Source of the DNA: Psilocybe cubensis
Taxonomy: Eukaryota
Reading direction: 5' to 3'
NCBI GenBank assembly: GCA_017499595.2
Contig: CM039007.1
Location: 1,240,001 to 1,304,000, forward strand
Length of the DNA: 64,000 bases
Below the pieces are notes generated by a model. The model searched no databases and was not told where the DNA came from. It worked only from the letters and a program-made list of their open reading frames with translations. The translations under genes and the position numbers were made by a program. Every line of letters begins with the position of its first letter. Within the stretch, counting starts at the first letter, position 1. This document shows positions 14,201 to 23,413 of the stretch, piece by piece.

Positions 14201-14517
14201 AGGTGTTGAACGTTGATTGGTCTTTTACCGAGACGTCGAGCCCGGGGAGGGAGAGGATAAACGCGAGGAGCTCTGGGTCGCAGTTGAGCGTGGCAGTGTG
14301 GAGGGGTGCCCAGCCGAGTGGGTGGCGGGTGTTGATGAGGTCGGGTGATATCTCGAGCAATCTGTGTTAAATTATGTTGGATTTGATGTATGTGTGCACT
14401 TGGAAGATACACTTACTGACGAACACGTTCGTGTTCATTTTCTACGAGAAGTTTACAGAGACTGCGGCCTCCAGAGACTGCCAATTGGGCATCAGGTGGG
14501 GTGACTTTCGACTCCAT
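11286..14517 (-). CDS. CLPB: Ankyrin-repeat plus single Clp-type AAA+ protein, CLPB/Skd3 (ANKCLP)-like
   Basis: Ankyrin motifs ([36 protein letters not shown]) and a coiled coil. These are followed by [92 protein letters not shown] and [14 protein letters not shown] at 14517 lies downstream of TATAAAA and the stop is at 11286-11288. Introns join in frame. Confidence 0.9.
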
Positions 14518-17248
14518 GGGTGCCAGTAGGAAGATGGGCGTTTTCTAGCAGAATGTAGGCACTTTTATATTTTCCGCGGTGCCTTCCTTGATGCCATTGT
14601 TCACTCATTGTCTGCGACAAATGGTAGTGCACACAACAGCACGTGTAGGCCCTCAGAGTCATAAGAACCCACAAGTAATTGGTTCCGATGTTGATTTGTA
14701 GGCGTCGTCTTCTGTAGAGTTGTCGTTGTAGGTCTTTGAAAATGAAAAAAATTAACCTTGGATTAGGGTTTTTAGACGACTGAGTCAGTTTGTGTAGACG
14801 GAAATGTACGGTGGGAGTGTACTTGACGTTATGCATTAGTAGACGATCGATGCCTTGATGATAGATTGTTCAAATCAAGTTTAAATTAAGCCACACATTT
14901 TCCCAGGCTTACGGTACAGCCACTTCAACTTTTAGTAAAAATTTCAATCCTCGCTGCTGCCTCGCGGCTATGTTTGCACACTATCGCAGCCCATAGGAAC
15001 ATATCTTTCCCAACACGTTGTTCATCTTCAGGGAACGAGTCCGGCTTTACATCATTCGAGTGGATGCTTTTACGCTGGATGGCCCCTTAATCACACCTCG
15101 TGGCATATATCTAACTCGGGTTTGTATTATAGACTAGCTGTCTTCGATATAATTCTCGTAGTGTATTTTGATGTACGCGACCTACGGACATAAGAAGGGT
15201 GAGATCAGATGCTTTTCTTTAATTAGATAGGAAAATATATGATATTACGGTTGGCTAGATGGATGCGAAAAACATGTATTAAATAAGGTGAAGGGCCTAG
15301 ATATGAAGGGTCTCAGATTTGAGGCTTTCTCAATCGCAGAACTCAGGTTGAGGTTGTGTTTCAGAACCCTGCCTCTACCACATTCAGAAACATCTTTCAA
15401 ATTATTTACCATGCGCGTTCCAAAGCTCCCCTGGTGGATGGGAAGGTTAATCAAATCGCGTGAGTAGGGATGGAGTACATGAACGTACATGCGAACCGGG
15501 GCACTCGCACTCTCAAACCTCGAGGTTTGTAGGGCGGAGATACCGCGTTGACGGGTACCTACTCAGACGAAATCCATCGCGGATTTCCCAGGCTATGCCT
15601 AACACCTCGGTATGATGGTCCGTACTTAAATTATCGTGTGTAAATGTGATATGTGGCACGGAGAAGCCGTCGAAGAGCATTTCGGGAAAATAAGTAATTG
15701 GTGACGAGAACAGTACAAGAAAGTTCTGTTAGGCATGGCGCGATATAATTTCTCACTTCAAGGAATGCCACAAGCCGCATTACAACCTGTTCAGGGACGT
15801 ATATCAAAATGATTCTTTGCATGGTACTTCATTGATTTGATATTTCCTCTTCTCATATCGACAACTACAAAGCCTGAACCGAAAGTTACTACACTCTTGC
15901 TGATCCACAGAATGTCCGTATACGAAACCAATAACTTGTACATATGCGGGTTGACTCTGAAGATTCAGAGTTGTGTCAATGGGCAGCCCAAGCTGACTGG
16001 ACGGCAGCTAAACAGCAAGACGCTTGATTAGGAAGTTCAGATGTTGAGAGTAAGTATGCGTCGACTTACGAGCCGTATCCGTCCGTGGTAAATGGCCCGC
16101 AGCAGACATACGACACGGGGCCTAAAGAAAAGGGTGATTTAGTGTCAGAAATACTCTGGTATTCATGATAGAAAATAGACTTACATCTAATGCTCTATAT
16201 GAATGGTTGAAGTTCCGGAATGGTGCGGATTGTCAGCATCAGGGTAGTAGTACAAGTCAGAGAGAAGATATTCAGAAATGGATGCATACATTTGGACCTC
16301 CGCCTGAAACATGTAAATGCACCATGGTAGGCATTAAGCGGCATAATTAAAATACAAATACATAAATGGACATACACAGGATAAGCGCACTATCAGCGCT
16401 TGGAAGTGCCACCACTTGCGATATGGATGTAAGGACGCCGGCAACGAGAAAGAGTACAGTCTTCATGCTAAGTCTACAGATGGGGGACATCAAGACGTGT
16501 AGTAAAGGATTATATACGGTTTTCTGATGTCAGGGCAATGCGTTCCTTGGTTTACAGAGTGACACGGCAGTCATGGACGACTCGGCTAAGTGACTGAAGT
16601 TTAACAAACAAAATGAATTCGTGCCTTGATATTGAGCATGATAAAAATAGTCCAATACAAGCGCTGGTTGGGGTATTACATTAAGTTTTGAAAAAGAACC
16701 CAGGCTGTTCACATGTGCAAACCACACGACTTGACCCACGCCTGAACATAACGTACGAAGCATTCAGACTAACTTATATCTATTATCAGTGAACCGTCTG
16801 CACGCCAGCCCCTATCTCAAGTACGTGTTCCTGAATAATCGACATCACATGAGGATGCGCCAAGCGTAACGCGCCCACCCGTCGCGCTCAGTTGGCGCCG
16901 CTGACGCGGAGTTGTGTTATCAGACTTCGGTGAAAATACACATGGGACCGCTGGGACTGCGATTGGAGTCTGGATATGTCTACCTCCATTTGCGGTTTAG
17001 TTGTCTGGGGAAAGGACTCGGATGAGGGATGAGGGAATTATCCTTTTTCAATCAACTGTGTAGTACTACGTCAACTTCAAGGCGGTGCAGCACACAGTTT
17101 ATAGGTAGGCGTGTACGTACATACCCGGGTCAACGTTACGTTCTTAATACACCCAATAAAAGAAGAAAAGAAGAACACAGGAAACAGCCTGATTGTACTT
17201 TTTCACTTTTTCCACATACAGTTAGAAGCGCTTGATGACTCGCTCGTC

Positions 17249-17477
17249 CCAATGATTCGCGAGAAACACACGGGTTTGGAATAGCGACGGAGGCACTCTG
17301 TTCGCGCTCGGGCGTACAGAGTGCTCGAAAATACAAATTAGATATTATAGTGATTAAGTACACGTGGGGGAGCAGCATCGCGCATAGGCGGGGCTGCTCG
17401 TGAGCAAGGAAATGAGAAAACGCTACATATGGGGTGACATTGCACGAATGCGTGGCCACTTTGTCGAGGTCAAGGCT
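17249..17477 (-). repeat. Split direct repeat B2 (229 bp), 3' terminus of the element
   Basis: Matches 18595-18823 (CCAATGATTCGCGAG...GTCAAGGCT). Confidence 0.95.
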
Positions 17478-17503
17478 CTACATATCAGTCAAGGCTGTAC
17501 ATA

Positions 17504-18415
17504 TCAGTCACGGTTGCGCAAAATAGCATGCGCTAAGAAGAAAAGGCGTTGCAAATCGCGTTGTTCAGCGCTACTGCGTGCGCATTTAAGCAACCACTGC
17601 AGTTGCGCAATCAAGCCCATCACGAGTTCAAACGGCAAGGTGGCGAAGTGAACAGAATCGTCGATGAGCCGATGGCAAACTTCGATCTGGAAGTCTTGTA
17701 AAACGGGTGACGATTCCATGTTTGGGAACGGAGTTTGGGCTTGCAATTCTGCAGTAGGTTGGATGGGTGGATACAAGTCGGACGGCCAATTGATGGGAGG
17801 CAACACGCGTGGGATCAGAGTAGAACGGGGACGGAAATCGTTCGGTTGAGATTGTTGGTTATTGTAAGATGAGTAGTCGTCGTATTGTGTATAATCAGAG
17901 TAGTTGTTGTCATTGTGGGCAAGTGAGAGGGTGTTGCTGAGGGGAGGAGGTGATGCGGGTTGTGAAACAGCGGGTGAAATGACAGTGAGGGGAGGAGGTG
18001 ATGCGGGTTGTGAAACAGCGGGTGAAACGACAGTGGAGGACTCGCTGGGTTGGGGTGAAAAAGCATTGGAGGTTGCGTACATCCGTCGCAGTAGGACGGG
18101 GGTAGCAGGACGGGAGTGTGTAATGTTGTGTAAAGCAGCGACAGCATTATTCCAAGCAAGGTCGTCAGTGGAAGAGTTGAAAGTTTCTGTGGACGAGTGT
18201 TGGTGTAAAATGGCATTGATGGCTGCGGCATTGTTGGTGAAAAATTCCATTAAAGTTGCATCAGAATTTTCGTGGTTGGACGTGGTAGAAGGGGTGTTAT
18301 AAGAACGTGCCATGGGAGGAGAAGGGTGGGTTTTGAAAACAATGTTTTGGTGATTCGCTCGGAATGTGATAGAGCGGTTGGAAGAGCAATGTTTTTGCCC
18401 CCACCGTTTAGACAT
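17504..18415 (-). CDS. Ngaro accessory ORF4 of unknown function (303 aa; alternative start MARSYN at 18313)
   Basis: Intronless ORF filling the A2-B2 spacer. It has an in-frame 48-bp duplication, a disordered middle and a helical-looking C-terminus (LQDFQIEVCHRLIDDS...LAHAILRNRD). Confidence 0.65.
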   Translation of the reverse strand: MSKRWGQKHCSSNRSITFRANHQNIVFKTHPSPPMARSYNTPSTTSNHENSDATLMEFFTNNAAAINAILHQHSSTETFNSSTDDLAWNNAVAALHNITHSRPATPVLLRRMYATSNAFSPQPSESSTVVSPAVSQPASPPPLTVISPAVSQPASPPPLSNTLSLAHNDNNYSDYTQYDDYSSYNNQQSQPNDFRPRSTLIPRVLPPINWPSDLYPPIQPTAELQAQTPFPNMESSPVLQDFQIEVCHRLIDDSVHFATLPFELVMGLIAQLQWLLKCARSSAEQRDLQRLFFLAHAILRNRD

Positions 18416-18595
18416 TTACTGGAATGTGAAACCTCATGTGTGAGCTCATGCCGCTTGGGGCCGAGCAGAGGTTTGATCAACACCGTTTGTGCTCTCAGGC
18501 TGACGGTGGCAATGTATAAGGCGCTATTCACATTTCCTCGCGGTTTTCTCCAGAGCTTCTCATTGGATTTTTGTAATCTTCCTATTAAACTCAAC
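18331..18595 (-). repeat. Split direct repeat A2 (265 bp)
   Basis: Matches 23414-23678 and abuts B1, sharing one base at 18595. Confidence 0.95.
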
Positions 18596-18823
18596 CAATG
18601 ATTCGCGAGAAACACACGGGTTTGGAATAGCGACGGAGGCACTCTGTTCGCGCTCGGGCGTACAGAGTGCTCGAAAATACAAATTAGATATTATAGTGAT
18701 TAAGTACACGTGGGGGAGCAGCATCGCGCATAGGCGGGGCTGCTCGTGAGCAAGGAAATGAGAAAACGCTACATATGGGGTGACATTGCACGAATGCGTG
18801 GCCACTTTGTCGAGGTCAAGGCT
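18595..18823 (-). repeat. Split direct repeat B1 (229 bp)
   Basis: Matches 17249-17477. Confidence 0.95.
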
Positions 18824-18918
18824 AACCATTGAATTTTTTTTTTTTTTTTTTTATGATTTTGGATTAGAATGATGCGAAGTTTCAAAAAAGAAACTTCAAT
18901 AGAGGAGCGGGAAAGTGG

Positions 18919-19950
18919 TTAAGTATGAGTAGTAACATTTGGTGCGCGGGATTTGGCGTAGAGCAAACCCTGTATGATTGCGGGATGTCTTCGAATATAG
19001 ATTAGAAACGCCTGGGAAGACCATCGGCCCATCTGTTGTATGATTGTTGGAGGCACACCGTGTTCTGCTAGGGATGTGGCACCTCCTGCTCGCATACTTT
19101 GGCCAGCGATGGAGTTGGAAAAGAAACGTCGAAGCCTAGTCATAAAGAAATGCCGTGTGGGAATGGCACCTGTCGACGTGAGCCATAAAGGGCCGCTGGA
19201 GTTACCGAAAAGTTGATCTCGCGAACGTAAGTAGTTGGTGAAGTGCGACACAGGGTTATGTTGGAATTGAGTAGCTTTGACAATGACGTGGTTTCCTTGA
19301 AAAAACCGATCGGCCTTGTGGTATGGCAACCAAAATTCAAACTGGGAAGTGGATAAGCGTACGGAGCTGCGCATGGTGATTTTGCGCCAGTCACGAAGAC
19401 GTTTTTCGTCGGGTAGAGTCATCTCGCCAAGACGTAATAGGGCGAAAAAACCCGTCATGACCATAGAAAGAAAAAGTGAGTCGTCGTGGTCATTGGAGGT
19501 CGTGTAATGTTGCTTCAGTAATTGCAGATCGTCGAGAGTTAATGCTTCTTTGCGAGTTTGAGGGGTACCATGCCGTTTTTTGCAGCCAACCAAAGTTCGT
19601 TTTAACAACGGAGAGGTACGGGCCTGTCGGACATTGGGGAAATGAGGTTCTAGTTGGTGTACAATGCCAGACAAATAAGTTTCGACGGTGTGTATTTTGT
19701 TAAATGATGATTGGTAAGTCACGTATAACGAAAGGGTGTCGGGTGTTGGCTCTACGGGAATGTTGTGGTTATGAACAAAAGCCAGGTAGGAGTTAAGGGC
19801 GGAACCGTAGGCGTTTTCAGTGGAGATGTCAATGGCTTCCCCCAGAGCCAAAGCACGTTCGTGCTGTAATTTTTCGGCGGACCACACAGGGCGATGTGGC
19901 TGACGAGGGGGACGAACACGGGTGATTACAGTGTTCTTTCCAACGACCAT
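18919..19950 (-). CDS. Tyrosine recombinase (Ngaro ORF3)
   Basis: N-terminal core-binding region (YGSALNSYLAF). Catalytic motifs FALLRLGE (R), YHKADR (K), GQSMRAGGAT (HxxR position, with Q for H), MGRWSS and FLIYIR (Y). Confidence 0.95.
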   Translation of the reverse strand: MVVGKNTVITRVRPPRQPHRPVWSAEKLQHERALALGEAIDISTENAYGSALNSYLAFVHNHNIPVEPTPDTLSLYVTYQSSFNKIHTVETYLSGIVHQLEPHFPNVRQARTSPLLKRTLVGCKKRHGTPQTRKEALTLDDLQLLKQHYTTSNDHDDSLFLSMVMTGFFALLRLGEMTLPDEKRLRDWRKITMRSSVRLSTSQFEFWLPYHKADRFFQGNHVIVKATQFQHNPVSHFTNYLRSRDQLFGNSSGPLWLTSTGAIPTRHFFMTRLRRFFSNSIAGQSMRAGGATSLAEHGVPPTIIQQMGRWSSQAFLIYIRRHPAIIQGLLYAKSRAPNVTTHT

Positions 19951-22900
19951 GGAGGAGGTTGGAAAGGTGAAATTTCAAGTCTCGGTTCGATCGTCAGTGC
20001 AGTCGAGAACTGGGAGCGTGACAGAGCGTCTGCCACAGTATTTTCGTCACCTGGCACGTGTAAGATTCGTAGTTTAAGGTTCTTGTCAAGAACAAGGTCA
20101 ACGGAGGCTTTTAAAAGCTCGTTGAATTGAGGTGTACACGCCAGAGATGAAAATATTGCCACCGTATTCAAATTGTCGGTGAATATGGTAACTTTGTTTC
20201 CGTAACCAGCAATCTTGGCAACGTTTGCCAAGGCACAGTAAACACATAACGCTTCATAATAAAAGATAATGGATGTATTGCTTTGAAGAGGAGTTGAAGA
20301 ATAAAAGGCTTGAGCGGATGATGGGAACCAAAATCCCATTCCGTCAGGGCAAGCATCGCAATAGATCACAAAGTCGGATTGAGATACATCCCATTCCCGA
20401 GATTGCAGCAAGTGTACCCCGTCCGAATTGTCTAAATGTTTGATAGCCCATAGAAAATCATTGCGAATTTGGTCATTGACGCGAATATTGCGAAAAGGGT
20501 TGTATAAGCCAGCTGTCTTTGGGTAGAAATTATTCAGACAGGGACGCAAGAGGGGATAGACGTTCAGTGCCCAGTTTATCCACCCGGCCATTTGTTGCCA
20601 ATATTTAAGTTTGAAGTTGGTTGCTTTGCGACTAGGAGGCTTAATTGCCCACGTTTTCATTGCTTCTATTAATGCTTCTTTGGAATGAGAAGGCATAGCG
20701 AAAGTCATATGATTAGGATCAACTTCGACACCTATGACGGGCAGAATGTTTGCAGAAAGTTGTTTTTTCTCTTTGTGGGGGATGCCTAGTTCGTCCCAGA
20801 GACGGAGTAAAATCGCTTGATGATAAGGAAGATGTTTTTGGTAAGGTTCGTAATAAGATGTGTTGCCTTCGAGATCAAAACCCGAAGAGTCATCAACATA
20901 ATTGGCGAGGTAGTCGATACCGCGTTTGCGTGTTGCTATCCAGGCAACAAGTGCATTAAAAGCAATAAAAATAGACCCAGAAGCCGAATTTCCAAAGGCG
21001 TTGCATCTGTCAATGTAACGCAGGCCGTCAACAGTGTTAACTTGCTTTAATTGCCACAGCGGATGCATAGGTAGAAGACGATATGCTTCAGCAATATCAG
21101 ATTTCCACATTACGAGCTTATCGTCACCGTGTAAGGCACGAAAATGTAATAACATTTCGCCCAAATGACTCATATTATCAAGAGGATACCCCGTCACCTT
21201 ATCGTGATCAATCATAGAGTTGAGTGAGAATTTTCCAGCACTATGATCAGTCACAAGGCGCAAATCTACGCCGTTGGGTTTAGGAACCGCGTGCGCAGGC
21301 ATAGAATACATGCCGTCAAGTAGATCGGGACCAAAAGAGGTTGAGAACCGGTCCTTTAGTTGTTCTTCGTTAAGCTGAGATCGAAGAAATTCAGCTTTAC
21401 CATGATCACTTGGTGTAGGACGAGACTCGTCATGAGTTAACGGGAATGAAGAAGTATCAGCCCATGGCCAAAAACCATAGCGAAAACCATCGCAAACCGA
21501 TTTGACAAACGGTTGGTTTGGATGATCAACTAATAGGCTTTCAAAGACATCGACATTAATGGGAGTAATGATCTTGAACAAATCGGGATTTTTACTAATA
21601 GTTTGCATAGCGGGAACATTCTGATATTCTAGATTAGAGGGGCGAGATAGAGGCATAGCAGTTTCAGTCCAATCGGCGGCGGTTGGGGATAAATTAGGAT
21701 AAGCGGGCCATAGGTTATGCCTCAAGTAAGATGGCCGTGACCCTAAAGCAGCGGAAAATGGATTACTTGCAGCTTTCGACAGAGTGGCCGGATTTTCGGC
21801 AACGTTTGCACACATGTCGATATCGGCACTCGTTTTGTGGAAGGGGACATCCGCGTTCAGAGTTGAACCTGTTGCAGACATCGGGACGGCGTCCGTTGCG
21901 ATTGTTGTTGCCTGAACGTCGTGAGTTATGTTCGGAGTACTCGCGTCCGCCTGGGAGCAATATGGATGAGTAGAGTCGGAGGAATCTTCCATGGTCTGTA
22001 AGCGAGTAGTGTTGTCCACCAGCAACCTGGTTCCGAACGGCGATGTCGTAGAGTATGACTCGAGGGTGTTCAGACGGGGCACGCTCAAGGAATTCATCCT
22101 CGATTGATTCTCCGTATTCTCTGAGTTCCGCAGCTCGGTGAGGGAATGCGAACGCGGTGGCCTGAGATGCAATGCGCCATGCCGCCGACCAATCTGGTGC
22201 TGAGTGAACCTTTCGCTTCGGTTCAACGACTCCTGTGCGGATTTCGGCATTACCGACGCGAGTTGTTGCCTCTGTGTCAATTGACACGCGACATCGTGAT
22301 GACAAGCAGTGGTCGAGGCTGAGACTTTGGCCTCTGAAGACTTTTTCCCACTCAGACATCGGGAAATTCGCGGGCGCTTTAGGGGAGAGTGCAATGAAGC
22401 GTTTGGCGGCTGCAATGTCTGTAGAGTAGAGTCGAAGGAGTTGCAGGTTTTTGGTGATGTGAGGGTCGTCTTTAGTGGTGCATTCAAGGTTGCTTTCGAA
22501 CCACGGCATGTCGTGTTCGTAGAGTTTCGTTCGTTTAATTGAACTGGAGTGTGAATCTGGGGATTCTGAACGCGAATGTTTGTTTGACGATTGAAGGCTT
22601 TCGAGAATCGTGTCCAAGTCTTGTTCTTGTACAACGGAATGTTCAGGGTACGGTGGTAAATAAGGTGAGCGTGTGTGTCGGGAGTTGTGTGTTTGAATGG
22701 AGGGAGAGTGTGATTCCTGTCGGACATGCGAAATATGTTGCGAGTTGAGCCTCGAGGCGAAAGAAGGTTGTGGGGAAAGTTGGAAGAGTGATGTATTGGT
22801 TTCGACGGCTTTTCCTTTACCGTTGTATTCAACTGTTTGTAAGAAGGTGGACACGATACTGTCTTTGAGACTGTTGTCGACTGAGGAGTTGGATTCCAAT

Positions 22901-23348
22901 AGTTGGAGTCCTTGGGATAGTGCTTTGGTCTTTGACAAGTGTCGCGATTGGAATTGATGGACGATTCGACTGAGTTTTTGCTCAAGATGTTGTACTTCGG
23001 GTCGGTTTGATTCTCTGTCATGAAAGACGTCTCGCGCTCCAATTCGGCAGTCGCTTTCCTCTTCTCTCCTCTGACTTTGCGATTGAGTGAATTGTGCGGG
23101 GCGAAATCGCCCCTGACGTTGCGCAAATTCAAATTGGGTGACGTATTCAGGTTGATTGACACAACGTGACGGTCCGCCGAGCTGACACTCGTTGGATTGG
23201 GATGGTTCGTAGTTTTCTCTATGTCGATAGGAATGGCGGTCTGGAGATAAAGTGTTGGAGGACCCTTCGTTTCGTGGGAATTGGGACACGTCAAACGGTT
23301 CCTGATCGCCATTCGAGTTAAGAGTGGGTGAATGTTGAAGTTGGACAT
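19926..23348 (-). CDS. Reverse transcriptase / RNase H (Ngaro ORF2)
   Basis: AVPKPNGVDLRLVTDHS, WKSDIAEAYR, AFGNSASG, ANYVDD; RNase H motifs YCDAC, YEAL, FTDN, HVPGDENTVADALSR. Uninterrupted 1140-codon ORF. Confidence 0.95.
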   Translation of the reverse strand: MSNFNIHPLLTRMAIRNRLTCPNSHETKGPPTLYLQTAIPIDIEKTTNHPNPTSVSSADRHVVSINLNTSPNLNLRNVRGDFAPHNSLNRKVRGEKRKATAELERETSFMTENQTDPKYNILSKNSVESSINSNRDTCQRPKHYPKDSNYWNPTPQSTTVSKTVSCPPSYKQLNTTVKEKPSKPIHHSSNFPHNLLSPRGSTRNIFRMSDRNHTLPPFKHTTPDTHAHLIYHRTLNIPLYKNKTWTRFSKAFNRQTNIRVQNPQIHTPVQLNERNSTNTTCRGSKATLNAPLKTTLTSPKTCNSFDSTLQTLQPPNASLHSPLKRPRISRCLSGKKSSEAKVSASTTACHHDVACQLTQRQQLASVMPKSAQESLNRSERFTQHQIGRRHGALHLRPPRSHSLTELRNSENTENQSRMNSLSVPRLNTLESYSTTSPFGTRLLVDNTTRLQTMEDSSDSTHPYCSQADASTPNITHDVQATTIATDAVPMSATGSTLNADVPFHKTSADIDMCANVAENPATLSKAASNPFSAALGSRPSYLRHNLWPAYPNLSPTAADWTETAMPLSRPSNLEYQNVPAMQTISKNPDLFKIITPINVDVFESLLVDHPNQPFVKSVCDGFRYGFWPWADTSSFPLTHDESRPTPSDHGKAEFLRSQLNEEQLKDRFSTSFGPDLLDGMYSMPAHAVPKPNGVDLRLVTDHSAGKFSLNSMIDHDKVTGYPLDNMSHLGEMLLHFRALHGDDKLVMWKSDIAEAYRLLPMHPLWQLKQVNTVDGLRYIDRCNAFGNSASGSIFIAFNALVAWIATRKRGIDYLANYVDDSSGFDLEGNTSYYEPYQKHLPYHQAILLRLWDELGIPHKEKKQLSANILPVIGVEVDPNHMTFAMPSHSKEALIEAMKTWAIKPPSRKATNFKLKYWQQMAGWINWALNVYPLLRPCLNNFYPKTAGLYNPFRNIRVNDQIRNDFLWAIKHLDNSDGVHLLQSREWDVSQSDFVIYCDACPDGMGFWFPSSAQAFYSSTPLQSNTSIIFYYEALCVYCALANVAKIAGYGNKVTIFTDNLNTVAIFSSLACTPQFNELLKASVDLVLDKNLKLRILHVPGDENTVADALSRSQFSTALTIEPRLEISPFQPPPWSLERTL

Positions 23349-23355
23349 TATGCAT
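21763..23355 (-). CDS. Gag-like protein (Ngaro ORF1)
   Basis: First ATG at 23355 (MHNVQ). Core FPMSEWEKVF..WSAAW..FAFPHRAAELREY..VILYDIAVR. C-terminal CNRFN..C..C.YRH.C..C...H...C zinc fingers are typical of DIRS/Ngaro gag. Confidence 0.9.
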   Translation of the reverse strand: MHNVQLQHSPTLNSNGDQEPFDVSQFPRNEGSSNTLSPDRHSYRHRENYEPSQSNECQLGGPSRCVNQPEYVTQFEFAQRQGRFRPAQFTQSQSQRREEESDCRIGARDVFHDRESNRPEVQHLEQKLSRIVHQFQSRHLSKTKALSQGLQLLESNSSVDNSLKDSIVSTFLQTVEYNGKGKAVETNTSLFQLSPQPSFASRLNSQHISHVRQESHSPSIQTHNSRHTRSPYLPPYPEHSVVQEQDLDTILESLQSSNKHSRSESPDSHSSSIKRTKLYEHDMPWFESNLECTTKDDPHITKNLQLLRLYSTDIAAAKRFIALSPKAPANFPMSEWEKVFRGQSLSLDHCLSSRCRVSIDTEATTRVGNAEIRTGVVEPKRKVHSAPDWSAAWRIASQATAFAFPHRAAELREYGESIEDEFLERAPSEHPRVILYDIAVRNQVAGGQHYSLTDHGRFLRLYSSILLPGGREYSEHNSRRSGNNNRNGRRPDVCNRFNSERGCPLPQNECRYRHVCKRCRKSGHSVESCK

Positions 23356-23413
23356 AATACAGTGAAGATGAGATAGCTGTAAGTTATCGATGAAAAGCAA
23401 GGCTTTTAAATCC

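Noticed and set aside
17249-17477. Hammerhead ribozyme in repeat B
   Set aside because: Hairpins are present but there is no CTGANGA...GAAA core on either strand.
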